A stretch of 64,000 nt of DNA, taken from contig OZ242008.1 of NCBI GenBank assembly GCA_965204735.1, positions 576,001 through 640,000 on the forward strand, given 5' to 3'. This stretch comes from Longimicrobiales bacterium. Its GTDB lineage: Bacteria > Gemmatimonadota > Gemmatimonadetes > Longimicrobiales > Gaopeijiaceae. The notes beneath the pieces are model-generated. The model had not been told where the DNA came from, searched no databases, and worked only from the letters and a program-made list of their open reading frames with translations. Position numbers and translations under genes: made by a program. Positions 46,344 through 56,900 of this stretch are shown here, in pieces (positions within the stretch are counted from its first letter, which is position 1; every line of letters begins with the position of its first letter).

Positions 46344-49300
46344 CTACTTGAAACCGATCCGTCCCTGAAGAGTCATGCGGCGCTCCGGCTGCCGGCCGCC
46401 GGCGACGACCTGCTCGCCGAACAGGTCCACCTCCAGCCGCAGGCCCCGCAAGCCGCCGTGCCCCCCGGTCGCCCCGGCTGCGAAACCCGTGTTGAGGACG
46501 CCGCCGTCGGAGAGCGCTCCGTGGCGGCGACCGGAGCGCTCGCCAAGGATCGTCCAGCGTGTTCCCACGTTGAGCCGGTGACCGTCGGCGCCCTCCCGGC
46601 TCCATCGACCGAACGGAACGACCTGCCCGCCGCCCGGGAGCAGCACGCCCCATCCCAGCTCCATGGCGACCCGGCCCGGAACCCAGCCCAAGTCGTCGGC
46701 TGCAAGACCGCCGGCTGCCGACTCGGAGGAGCCTGCGAAGGCGGCGGCGCCGCCCTGCCAGAGCGTTCCCGCGCCGCTCGTCGTGTTCCCCCAGGTGGGC
46801 GCCACCATGACGGAGAGCCCGCCCTGGTCGCCGCCGGGCTGAAGCCGCAAGGCGAGGCCGGCGCCCCAGTCCCGGTAGCCCTCGGCTTGGTGCGCCAGCA
46901 GCGTCCGGCCCCGCACGTCCACCGCGAAGCCCGTGGAGTGGTGGGCGAGACCGAACTCGGCCCCCGCCTCGGCGCCCGCGCCCGTCTGGGCGTCGCCGCC
47001 GTCGAACCGCGCCCCGGCCTCGACCCTGGCGCGCATCGACACACCTTCGCCCACCGACCAGCTCCGGCTCAGCTCCGGGGCCAACCGCAGCCGCCGAGCG
47101 CTGGTGGTCACGCCGGCCAAGTCGGCCGCCCGATCGGAAGTGATGCGCACCGCAAACGCGTCCGCCTTCAGCGCAAAGCCGCCGTGCACTTCCTGGCGCA
47201 CGCCCAGTGCCGCCATCCGCATGGCCAAGTCCGTGCCGAACCGGCCCCCGGCGCTCTCCTCGATCTCGGCGTCGCCCCGGCCCGCGCCCGCCAGCCCCCA
47301 CAACCCCAGCCCCCGCCGGGGCGACCAGTGGACGTACGGGTACGCGCTGGTCAGGCGAGCGTCCACCGAGCCCGCGCCGTTGATCCGGCTCTCGAAGTCG
47401 GATGCCGTCGTGTTGCGGGCGCCGGCCACTCCGACGAGCAGCCCGGAGGCGAACCGGTAGTCGATCCCCAAATGGGCCGAGCGGGTGGCGCCGTCCAGGG
47501 TGAAGCCGTCCTGATGCCGGCCCTCGAAGCCGCCGGCGCCGGCCCGGCCCCACACGGTCCAGCCGGAACCGAGCCCCGGCCCCGCGTCCTGACCGCCGCT
47601 GTTCCCGCCGCCGAACTCCAGCTGGAAGGAGCTCTCGGAGCCGATGCGCTCCCACGAGACGGGATCGAACGAAACGGACGGTCCCTCGTCGCCGCTCGGC
47701 GACAGCGCTCCGGCAACCAGGGCGCCCATGCCGTAGCCGCCGGCCGCCGGCCATGCGCCCGCTTGCGCCGCCGGGTGCGACAGCCGCGCGCCCAGCAGCC
47801 TCGACGCGCTTCCGGCCAGCGCCGCCAAGCCGCACCCCTCGCCCCTCGCGCCGGCCCACGGGACGCAGCCGACGGCCCTGCCGCCCAGCTGCACGTGGGA
47901 GCGTCCCAGCGCGCCCGACGACTCCATCCCCAGCCGTCCCCCGACCGCCTCCACCGCCTCGGCGCCCACCGAGCGCCCGAACGCGGCCAGCGCCAGCTTC
48001 AGCGCCCTCGCCCGCTCCGAACTCGACGCCTCCACCGAGACCGCGACCTGCTGGACGGCGGACAGCCCGCCGGCGTCCGCGGCCGTCACCGTCACGGTGG
48101 CCGAGCCGATCGCCTGCGGCCGAACCGACAACCGACCGTCGCTCGTCACGCTCGCCATCGCCACCCCGGCCGACGACGACTCGGCGACGTAGGTCAGCGG
48201 ATCGCCGTCCGGGTCCCGGAAGTACTGGCCCAGCTCCTCTTCCTGCCCGGCCCCGAAGGCCTCGAGCGTCATCGGCGCCATCGCGCCCACGGCCTCCGGC
48301 CCCTCGTTCACGTTCAGCACGGTCACCGCAACGACCGCCTCGGCGCCGAGCCCGCCGCCGTCCGTTGCGCGCACCACGAGCGTGCGGGACGGCGGGCCGT
48401 CCTCGTAGTCCTCGCCGGCGCCCACGTACCGCACCCGGCCCGTGCCCGAATCGACCTCGAACCGCGCGCCGTCGCCCGACGCCAAGCTGTACGCCAGCAC
48501 GTCGCCGGCGTCCACGTCCGACGCCTCGACCTGCCCCAGGGCCAGGGGTCCTGCCGCGTTCTCCGACATCTCGAAGGCGTAGGTCGAGTCCGCGAACACG
48601 GGCGCCTCGTTCACGTTCAGCACGCGCACGGTCACCGACGCCCGGTCCGTCAAGCCGTCCCTGTCCCGAACCACGGCGCCGAACTCGTAGGCGTCCGGAC
48701 CCGCTTCCGCGTCCTCGCCTCCGCCGACGTAGCGCACCGCGCCGCTCGCCGCGTCCACCTCGAAACGGGCCGCGTCCTCGCCGGTCAAGGCGTAGGACAG
48801 CGTGTCGGACCGATCGGAGTCCACCGCCTCCACGACGCCCAGCTCCTGCGGGCCCGGCGCGTTCTCGGCCACCTCGAACTCCCAGCTCGCTTCCCGGAAA
48901 GCCGGCGCCTCGTTCAAGTCCACCACGGCCACCGTCACCCGCGCCGTCGCCCGGAGACCTCCTTGGTCCGTGGCAGTCACCAAGAGCACGTGGCTCTCCG
49001 GGCCCGTCTCGGCGTCCTCGCCCTTGCCCACGTACCGCACGACGCCGCTTCCCGCGTCCACCAGGAACCGGGCGCCGTCGCCTTCGGCGAGAGCGTAGGT
49101 CGGCGGGTCGCCCCGGTCCGGGTCCGTCGCCCCGACCGACCCCAGCGCCAGCGGCCCCGCCACGTTCTCCGCGATCTCGAAGGCGTAGGTCGAGTCCGCG
49201 AACGCAGGCGCCTCGTTCACGTCGGCGACCGCCACGACCACCTGCGTCGTCGCGCTCAGCCCGGCAAGGTCCGTCGCCGACACCTCGAACGTCCACGGCC

Positions 49301-51188
49301 CGGCGTCCGCCTCGTAGTCCTCGCCGGCGCCCACGTACCTCACTTCGCCGGTGCCAGCGTCCACCTCGAACCGAGCGGCCGCGGCCGGGTCGATCCCGTT
49401 CTGCGCCACCTGGTAGGCGAGCGAGTCTCCTTCGTCCAGGTCCACCCCCTCCACCGCCCCCAGCGTCAGCGGCCCGGCGACGTTCTCCGCCACCTCGAAG
49501 GCGTAGCGCTCCGCAGCGAACGCCGGCCGCTCGTTCACGTTCAGCACCCGCACGGTCACGCGGGCCTCCACCGTGTCGCCACCCTCCGAAGCGCGCGCGA
49601 CCATCACGTACCGCGACCGCAGCTCGGCGTCCTCGCCCTCGCCCACATAGCTCACCTCGCCGCTCGAGGCGCCGACCTCGAACAACCCCTCGGCGCCCTC
49701 GGTCAGCACGTACTGCACCGGTCCTCCGCCGGGGCGGCCGGCGCTGATGCGGCCGAGCGCCAACGGTCCTGCCGTGTTCTCCACCAGGTCGAACTCGTAC
49801 TCCGAAGCGCCGAACCCCAGTTCGCCGTCCTCGCCTTCCTCTTCCTCCTCCTCTTCTTCTTCTTCCTCTTCTTCCTCCGGCGGCTGTTCGACGAGGGAGC
49901 CGTCGACCGCGTGGCCGGTCACGTTCGACAGGGCATGGCTCCCCAGGTCCAGGTCGGCGGCAGGCTCCACCTGCGGCTGTTCCCCCGGGGGCACGGAGCT
50001 GGCCAACCTGATCGTCCCGCCGTTCAGGTTCACCGAGTCCGCGGAGCTGATCCCGTCCGAGTCCATGTCCGTCGGCTGCACGGCGTATTCGAAGACCAAG
50101 ACGGCGGCGCCGGAACCCGACACGTAGTTCGCCAGCCGCGCCACGCTCCCGATCTGCAGCTCCAGCTGGGGCGTGCCGGTCACGACGACCAGCAGGTTGA
50201 AGCTGACGTGCACTCTGATCCGAGCGCCCTGCCCGTACACGCCGCCGCTGTCCGGGTTGCTGGCGACCGACACGCCGCTCACGACCGGCGTAGTCCGATG
50301 GGAGCCGTCCACTCTGTGGGAGGAGTTGTTGGAGATCGCGGCGGTGCCCAGGCCGAGGGTGGCGGCCGTGCCGCCGACGCGCGCGTCGTTGATCGTGCCG
50401 CCGTTGAGCGTCAGCGCGGCCGCGGCGACGCTGATCCCGTTGTTGTCGATGTCTGCCGCCTGGACTCTGTAGCGGAAGGTCAGCGTCTTGGTGCCGGCGC
50501 CGCCGACGTAGTTGGCTTGCCGGGTCGCCGCCCCGATCGTGAGCGCCAGCTGGGGCGTCCCCGTCACCGCCACGGCCCGACCGAAGCTCACCTGCACCTC
50601 GATCTGCTCCACCTGCCCGTAGGTCGTGCTGGTGAGCGGCGTGCTGGTGATCGACGCCCCGGTGACCGTCACCGCGCTGAAGGCGCTGCCGCTCACCTTG
50701 TGGCCCGTGCTGTTGGAGACCGCCGCGCTCCCCAGTCCCAGCGTGGCTGCGCCCCCGGCGCCGGAGATCGATCCGCCGTTGAGGGTCAGCGCGCTGGCGC
50801 CGATGCTGATCCCGTCGGAGTCCGCGTCCGAAGACTGCACGACGTACCGGAAGACCAGTCCGTTGCCGACGGTGCGCCGATACGCGGCCTGCCGCGTCGT
50901 GCTTCCGATCGTCAGCGCCAGCTGCGGCGAGCCCGTCACTGCGACGGTCGCGCTGAAGGTGACGGTGACGAAGATCCCTTCGCCCCGCTCGAAGGTGTCG
51001 CCGATGTCGGGCGAGCCGATCGAGACGCTGGACACGGTGGCGGCGGTCTGCGACCGCAACTCTCCTGCCGGCGCGCCGGCCCCGACGAGCGTCGAGACGA
51101 GAAGGGCGGCCAGCCACCGTGCGTCGGGCTGGGTTCTGCGAGCAGCGTGGGCTCTGCGAGCAGCGTGGGGAGCGCGAAGAGTGGTCAT
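46344..51188 (-). CDS. Cadherin-repeat surface protein with Ig-like domains and autotransporter-like C-terminal barrel
   Basis: Signal peptide; three DxDxxG..L.LNGG Ig-like domains; poly-Glu linker; five cadherin repeats (YAFEVAEN, ATDPD, NVNEAP); FRDPDGD domain; LAAFGRSVG helix; barrel ending IGFK. Confidence 0.85.
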   Translation of the reverse strand: MTTLRAPHAARRAHAARRTQPDARWLAALLVSTLVGAGAPAGELRSQTAATVSSVSIGSPDIGDTFERGEGIFVTVTFSATVAVTGSPQLALTIGSTTRQAAYRRTVGNGLVFRYVVQSSDADSDGISIGASALTLNGGSISGAGGAATLGLGSAAVSNSTGHKVSGSAFSAVTVTGASITSTPLTSTTYGQVEQIEVQVSFGRAVAVTGTPQLALTIGAATRQANYVGGAGTKTLTFRYRVQAADIDNNGISVAAAALTLNGGTINDARVGGTAATLGLGTAAISNNSSHRVDGSHRTTPVVSGVSVASNPDSGGVYGQGARIRVHVSFNLLVVVTGTPQLELQIGSVARLANYVSGSGAAVLVFEYAVQPTDMDSDGISSADSVNLNGGTIRLASSVPPGEQPQVEPAADLDLGSHALSNVTGHAVDGSLVEQPPEEEEEEEEEEEEEEGEDGELGFGASEYEFDLVENTAGPLALGRISAGRPGGGPVQYVLTEGAEGLFEVGASSGEVSYVGEGEDAELRSRYVMVARASEGGDTVEARVTVRVLNVNERPAFAAERYAFEVAENVAGPLTLGAVEGVDLDEGDSLAYQVAQNGIDPAAAARFEVDAGTGEVRYVGAGEDYEADAGPWTFEVSATDLAGLSATTQVVVAVADVNEAPAFADSTYAFEIAENVAGPLALGSVGATDPDRGDPPTYALAEGDGARFLVDAGSGVVRYVGKGEDAETGPESHVLLVTATDQGGLRATARVTVAVVDLNEAPAFREASWEFEVAENAPGPQELGVVEAVDSDRSDTLSYALTGEDAARFEVDAASGAVRYVGGGEDAEAGPDAYEFGAVVRDRDGLTDRASVTVRVLNVNEAPVFADSTYAFEMSENAAGPLALGQVEASDVDAGDVLAYSLASGDGARFEVDSGTGRVRYVGAGEDYEDGPPSRTLVVRATDGGGLGAEAVVAVTVLNVNEGPEAVGAMAPMTLEAFGAGQEEELGQYFRDPDGDPLTYVAESSSAGVAMASVTSDGRLSVRPQAIGSATVTVTAADAGGLSAVQQVAVSVEASSSERARALKLALAAFGRSVGAEAVEAVGGRLGMESSGALGRSHVQLGGRAVGCVPWAGARGEGCGLAALAGSASRLLGARLSHPAAQAGAWPAAGGYGMGALVAGALSPSGDEGPSVSFDPVSWERIGSESSFQLEFGGGNSGGQDAGPGLGSGWTVWGRAGAGGFEGRHQDGFTLDGATRSAHLGIDYRFASGLLVGVAGARNTTASDFESRINGAGSVDARLTSAYPYVHWSPRRGLGLWGLAGAGRGDAEIEESAGGRFGTDLAMRMAALGVRQEVHGGFALKADAFAVRITSDRAADLAGVTTSARRLRLAPELSRSWSVGEGVSMRARVEAGARFDGGDAQTGAGAEAGAEFGLAHHSTGFAVDVRGRTLLAHQAEGYRDWGAGLALRLQPGGDQGGLSVMVAPTWGNTTSGAGTLWQGGAAAFAGSSESAAGGLAADDLGWVPGRVAMELGWGVLLPGGGQVVPFGRWSREGADGHRLNVGTRWTILGERSGRRHGALSDGGVLNTGFAAGATGGHGGLRGLRLEVDLFGEQVVAGGRQPERRMTLQGRIGFK

Positions 51189-51258
51189 GCGGGGCCTGCA
51201 CCTGCATAGGGGTCGGCGGAAGGGAAGAACAGCACAAGAGGGCAGAACAGCATCAAGC

Positions 51259-51275
51259 ATTATAGTACCATGGTA
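51259..51275 (-). promoter_or_regulatory. Perfect -10 (TATAAT) with adjacent palindrome upstream of the cadherin gene
   Basis: Minus-strand TATAAT at 51264-51259; TACCATGGTA palindrome at 51266-51275; no good -35. Confidence 0.45.
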
Positions 51276-51318
51276 TCGAGGGGACGGGGACCGGCGCCGT
51301 GCATCCCAGCCGAGCCCG

Positions 51319-53811
51319 TCACCGCGAACTTGCCGGGGGCGCGGGCTCGTGGTCCGCCGTCCCTCTTGCGGAAGCCTGCTTCATGCGAAAGGCGGCGCTC
51401 CTCGCCGTGCCGAGGACGAAAGACGACATCCGGTAGTCGTTCTGCGCCGCCTGGGCGACCACGGCCCGCACCGCCGGCTGGTCCCGGTAGTCGATCCGCC
51501 GTCCGAGGGCGTACGCCATCAGCTTCTCGGCGAAGTGCCGGGCAAGGGGGACGGGCCGCTTCAGGAGGACCCGGGCCAGATCGGACGGGCCTTCGATCTC
51601 GGTGCCGTCGTAGTAGACGCCCCGCGTGTCCAGGGGCGCGCCGGATTCGCGGATGCGCCACTTGCCGGTCACGTCGAAGTTGTCGAGGGCGAGGCCGATG
51701 GGGTCGACGAGGTTGTGGCACGAAGAGCAGGCGGGGTTCCTCCGGTGCGCCTCCAGGCGCTCGCGAGTGGTCAGCTTCCGACCGTCCCGGGCGTCTTCGG
51801 TCTCCTCCAGCTCGGGTATCCCCGGCGGAGGCGGCGGAGGCGGCGTTCCCAGCAGCACTTCCATCACCCACTTGCCTCGGAGCACCGGCGACGTCCGGTT
51901 GCCCAAGGAAGTCTGCACCAGAACGCTGCCGTGGCCCAGCACGCCCCGTCGCCGGTCGTCGGGGTACTCCACGCGCCGAAAGTCGTCGCCGTGGACGCCG
52001 GGGATCCCGTAGTGGCGGGCCAGCCGTTCGTTGAGGAAGGTGTGGTTGGCGCCGTAGAGCTCCAGCAGGCTCCGGTCTCCCTGCACGAGGTCGTGAAAGA
52101 AGAGCTCGGTCTCCCGCCGCATCGACTCGGCGAGCTGGCGGCTGTAGTTGGGAAAGCGCAGCGCGTCCGGGCTTACGCGGTCCAGGTCCTGAAGGCGCAG
52201 CCACAACGCCGCGAAGCGCGTCGCCAGGGCTTCCGAGCGGGGGTCCGCCAGGAGCCGGCGGGCGTGGACCTCCAGCCCGTCGGGGTCGGCCAGCTCCCCG
52301 GCCTTCGCGGCGGCCAGCAGTCGGCGGTCCGGGTTTGTTCCCCAGAGGAAGAAAGACAGGCGAGCGGCCAGGTCTTCTCCCGAAAGCAGGTACGCCTCGC
52401 CGGGTCGGACGCCGTCGGGCTCCTGCTCCATCCGGAAGAGGAAGTGGGGGCTGGCAAGGATCGCCTCCACGGCCGCGCGGACTCCTGTCTCGAACCCGCC
52501 TTCTCCCGCTCCCAGCTCGTAGAACGCCAGCAGGGCGTCCGCCTCGTCCTCGCCCACCTCCCGGCCGTACGCGGCCTCGGCCAGGCGCGACACGATTGCT
52601 CGGGCGCAGGGAAGCGCCTCCGCGCCGGAGGTGGGCCGGCAGGAGAAGACGCGGCGCCGGGCCTCGAAGTCGGACACGCCGGTGACGTTGTACGGTCCCT
52701 CGACGGTCAGGCTGGCCAAGTGGGGCGGCGACGTGGTGCCGTAGCTGGTTTCCGTGCCCGAGAGGGACCAGTCGTTGGGGCGGATCAGGTCCTCGTAGGG
52801 ACCGTCCATGCGCCGCACGAACGCCGCCGTCACCCGTCGCTCCCCGGCCCGCGCGAACACCGGCTCCGTGCGCACGGGGAACTCCTTGCGGCCCTGGAAG
52901 TCGATCTCGCCGCCGTACCGCACCAGAGCGACCCGCTCGCCGTCCACGGAGACGTCCACGTCGTGGAATCGCTCGCCCCAGCCCGACATGAAGCTCATCG
53001 AGAAGACGTACTCGCCGTCGGCGGGGAAGGAGTGGAGGACGCTGATCCCGCCCCGGGTGCCGTAGGGCGCGCCCTCCGCCCGCTCCCACTCGTGCTGGGA
53101 GACCGAGGGAGGGTTCGCGTACGCGACCGCCGCCGGGACCGCATCGGCGTTGCCGACCGCCCGTCGCGCCACCTCCGAAGCGGCGGTCAGGTAGGCGTCC
53201 ATGACCGTGGGCGAAAGGCTCTGGGCGTCGGCCACGTTGTCGAAGCCGTCGCTGATGCGGTCTTCGGGCAGCCACTCCGCGGGATCCACCTCCAGCCCGA
53301 ACACGTCCCGCACGACGCGCGCGTACTCGGCCCGGTTCAGGCGCTGGAAGGGGCGCGAGCCCGGACGGGGGCGAGCGGCGGCCGCCTCGTCGATCGTCTC
53401 CTCCATGAACCGGGCGAGCGCCTCGAGGGTGTCTCCGGCGGGTCTTCGGGCGCCGGGCGGAGGCATCATCCCGGCCCGCAGCTTGCGGATCATCCGCTCC
53501 GCCGTCTGGGCCGCGACGGGCGCGTCGCCGGTCTTGAACCCTTCCAGCGACAAGTTGCCCACAAGCCTTCGGTTGTTGTGGCAGCGCACGCAGTAGCGCG
53601 CCACCACGTCGTCGTGCGCGTCGGACGGCCGGGCGACCGGTCCAGCGGTCGGCAGTCCGCCGCCGACGGCACGGCTGATCGGTCGGGCGCCGGCCCCCCG
53701 GTCCGAGCGGCCTCCGTCCGGCCCGTCGAGGGAGCCTCTCGGGCTGCCGTTCCATCCGGCCGCGACGAACACGCTTGCCACCACGACGCCGGCGGCGATT
53801 CCCTTCGTCAT
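51319..53811 (-). CDS. DUF1592 (PSD1-5/PSCyt) multi-domain protein with two CxxCH motifs
   Basis: CVRCH, RAGMMPP, RLNRAEY, GFDN, SPHFLFR, LSFFLW, TSPVLRGKWV, CSSCH, LMAYALGR. Confidence 0.88.
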   Translation of the reverse strand: MTKGIAAGVVVASVFVAAGWNGSPRGSLDGPDGGRSDRGAGARPISRAVGGGLPTAGPVARPSDAHDDVVARYCVRCHNNRRLVGNLSLEGFKTGDAPVAAQTAERMIRKLRAGMMPPPGARRPAGDTLEALARFMEETIDEAAAARPRPGSRPFQRLNRAEYARVVRDVFGLEVDPAEWLPEDRISDGFDNVADAQSLSPTVMDAYLTAASEVARRAVGNADAVPAAVAYANPPSVSQHEWERAEGAPYGTRGGISVLHSFPADGEYVFSMSFMSGWGERFHDVDVSVDGERVALVRYGGEIDFQGRKEFPVRTEPVFARAGERRVTAAFVRRMDGPYEDLIRPNDWSLSGTETSYGTTSPPHLASLTVEGPYNVTGVSDFEARRRVFSCRPTSGAEALPCARAIVSRLAEAAYGREVGEDEADALLAFYELGAGEGGFETGVRAAVEAILASPHFLFRMEQEPDGVRPGEAYLLSGEDLAARLSFFLWGTNPDRRLLAAAKAGELADPDGLEVHARRLLADPRSEALATRFAALWLRLQDLDRVSPDALRFPNYSRQLAESMRRETELFFHDLVQGDRSLLELYGANHTFLNERLARHYGIPGVHGDDFRRVEYPDDRRRGVLGHGSVLVQTSLGNRTSPVLRGKWVMEVLLGTPPPPPPPGIPELEETEDARDGRKLTTRERLEAHRRNPACSSCHNLVDPIGLALDNFDVTGKWRIRESGAPLDTRGVYYDGTEIEGPSDLARVLLKRPVPLARHFAEKLMAYALGRRIDYRDQPAVRAVVAQAAQNDYRMSSFVLGTARSAAFRMKQASARGTADHEPAPPASSR

Positions 53812-53925
53812 CCTTGCAGTTTCCGCCCGTCGCGGGGAGGCGCGCAAGTCGAGCCCCGGTCGCGCGGACCGGCCTCGTGGGCGCCCCGCCGAAGATCGTC
53901 GCCAGCGGTCATCGAGCCAGCGCGG

Positions 53926-56900
53926 TCACCGAGCCAGCGCCAAGACCCGTGCCAGCAGCCGCCCCTCGAAGCCGTCGAACAGCTCGCCGTGGCCGCGCAC
54001 GATGCGGGCGACCGCATCGGCGGGTCCGACGTCCGGGTCCATCAACTCCCTTGCAAGGGCCTGGACGGCGCGAGCAGCGGTCGAGCCGTGGAGTTCCGCC
54101 GCGTCGGCAAGCGCTTCCAGCGCGGTGTTCCGGCCCGAAGCCCGCGCCGCCAGCGCCACCAGCAGGTCGGCGCGATCGGGCTCGCGGTCCGCCGTCGCCG
54201 TCGCCGCGACGACTTCGAAAGCTCGACGGGCGGCGCGCTCGTCTCCGGCCGCTTCGCCGACCACTCCCTGCAGGTAGCGGACGAGGCGCTCGTCCGGATC
54301 GTAGGGCCGCCCCTGTCCAAGGGACTCGGGCCACCGCAAGGCGGCCACCAGGTGCTCGCGGGCCGCCCGGTGGTCGGCGGCCTCGACTTCGGCGACGGCC
54401 GAAGCGGCGTGGGCCAGCTCGTAAAGGCGGTGGCTCTCCCGCGAGTTCTCCGACGGAAGGACCTGCACCCGATCCATGATCTCCGCCGCTTCCAGAGGCC
54501 GGTCCACGGCGAGGAGCGAGCGCGCGTGGAGCAACGCCAAGTCGAAGTCGCCGGGGAAGGCTTGGCGCGCCCGCGACGACGCCTCCAGCGCCGCTTCCCA
54601 CTCGCCCGATTCCTGGGCGTGGCGGACCAGGACGATCCGCAGGGGCCGGCTCTCCGGGTCCAGCTCCACGGACCGCGCCAAGTCCGCCGCCGGATCGCGG
54701 CCCTCGACGGCCTGGAGGAGGCGCCCCCGGGCGACGTAGGCCGGGCCGTACTCCGGCGTGTCCCCAAGGGAAGCCATGATCGGCCCGGCTTCCTCGTCCC
54801 GGTCGAGAGCCCACAAGTTCAGCGCCAGCAGGTAGGTCCACAGCCAGTGGTCGCTGCTGTCCGCGGCCCAGCGAAGCACGGGCAGGGTCTCGGGCCGGTA
54901 GGGGAAGGCGAAGGCGGGGTCGCCGGCGTCGGCGAGCAACGTCGGGTCCTCGGCAAGGAAGGCTCGCCAGGCGGCGGCGACCGGGCCGCCGTGACGAGGG
55001 GCGCGGCCGGCCAGCTCCAGCAGCGCGGCGGCGTCTTCGGGGAGCCCTCGCGCGGCGTAGCTCGCAGCCAGCTCCAAGAGCGACTGGTCGGGGTACTCGC
55101 CCCGAAGCGCGTCCAGCAGCCGCTGCCCGCCGGGCGGCGTCGGGCCGGGGGCTTCCGGCGCCGCCGCCGGCTCCTGCGGGGCGCCCGTCTCTTCCGGCTC
55201 CTTTGCCGCGCCCGCCTCCGCCGCCGCCAGCTCGGCCAAGTGCTCCTCGGCCAGCGCGAAGTGGTGAAGCGGGTCGATCTCCAGCAGCGCGGCTCGGGCT
55301 CGCCGGGCGGCGCCGCGGTCCGACGCGCGCCGGCCGGCGATCGCCAGCAGCTGGAGCGCGGGAATGCTGCGACGGTCGAAGTCCATGGCCAGCTCGGCGT
55401 AGCGGGCGGCCTCGTCCCAATCTCCTTCGACGGCCATGACCTCGGCCAGCCGGACGTAGGACGCCGAACGATACGCCGTCGATCTGGCCGACCAACCAAA
55501 GGAATCGCGCGCGTCGGCGATCCGGCCGAGGGCCAGGTGCAGGTTGCCCGCCAGAAAGTTCGCCTTGGCGTCGTAGGTGTTCAGCTGAAGCGCCCGGAAG
55601 ACGCGCGTCAGCCCCTCTTCGTAGCGGGCCGAGCGCAGGGCCAGCTCGGCGAGCCCCAGGAGCGCCTCCCGGTTCCAGGGCTCACTCTCCAGCGCCGACT
55701 CGAAGAGGCGACGGGCCTCCCGGTAGCGACGCGCCCGCGCCAGCTCCCGCGCCTCGAACGCCAGCCGGTCCGCCTCCGGAAGAGCCTCCCAGGCGTCCGG
55801 CGGGGTCGTGAAGGGGCGCGAGAGGAGGCGCCCGTCCCGGTCCGACCCGTGCTCCAGGTCCAGCGCCTCGAGCCGCACCCGGTAGGGCTGATCCGCCGGC
55901 ACGTCGAACTCGGCAGTGTGGGCGACCAGGGCCGAGAGCCGGACCGGCGCCTCGTGAATGCGGCGCTCGCCCGACCACACCTGCAACGTGTCCTCCACGT
56001 CGCCGAAGGCGTTGACGGTCACCGAAAGCCGATTCCCCGCCCGCTCGACGTGCATGGCGCCTTCCCGGGAAGCGTCGGTCAGGCCCCCGGTCCCCTCCAG
56101 CGGAAACCACGTCTCGGTCCAGCGGCTGGCCGACAGCGGATCGAAGCCGGCCTGCGCGACGGGGTTGACGTGGTCGGCGGGCGAGTACTGCACGAAGAGG
56201 CGCCCCGCCTGGAACTCCACGTACTGGCCGTCCGCGTCGGTCAGCAGCTCTTCCCACACGCCGCCCTCCCTGGACAGCGCCCAGAGCCACATCTTCTGGC
56301 CCGGCATCTCCTCGTACCGCGCCCAGTGTCCCCAGCCCCATCCCTCGTCGTGGTAGTAGCCGCCGAAGAAGTCGTTCAGCTCCCCGACGACGTGGTACGA
56401 CTTGTGGCCTCCGAAGGCGTTGTTCCTGTACAGCGGCAAGTAGCGGCCCGATTCGTCGATCGGCCACGGCCGCTCCCGGCCCGAGTGCTCCAGGTACGAC
56501 CGACCGGGCACGAAGAGTTCCAGGTCGTCGCGCGCGAACGCCGCCGCCGTCATCCAGCTGTAGTAGGGCTGCTCCAGCGGCGTCGGGTTGTACCACAGGA
56601 CGCGGGTCTCGAAGTAGGCCCGGTCCGGCGGAAGACGCACCTCGACCCGCCAGTGCGTTCGCGAAGGCAGGTCCATCGCTCCCACGAAGACGCTGGCGCT
56701 GCCGTCGTCGTTCTCCCGAGTCGTCCACTCCACGGGGGTCGCGGTCGCAGGCGTGTGGCCGATGACGCCGAAGTTGAACTCGATCCCGCCCGACGTCCAC
56801 GGGCCCCGGAGCGCGATGTTGCGGAACTTCATCACCTCGTTGCGGTAGACGAACTCCCGCCCGGTCTCCTTGACCACCGCGCCCCACACCTTCCCGCCCG

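Noticed and set aside
53620..53720. Degenerate ~61-62-bp-offset similarity in the DUF1592 N-terminal linker
   Set aside because: Needs several gaps in very GC-rich sequence; not counted among the 61-bp units
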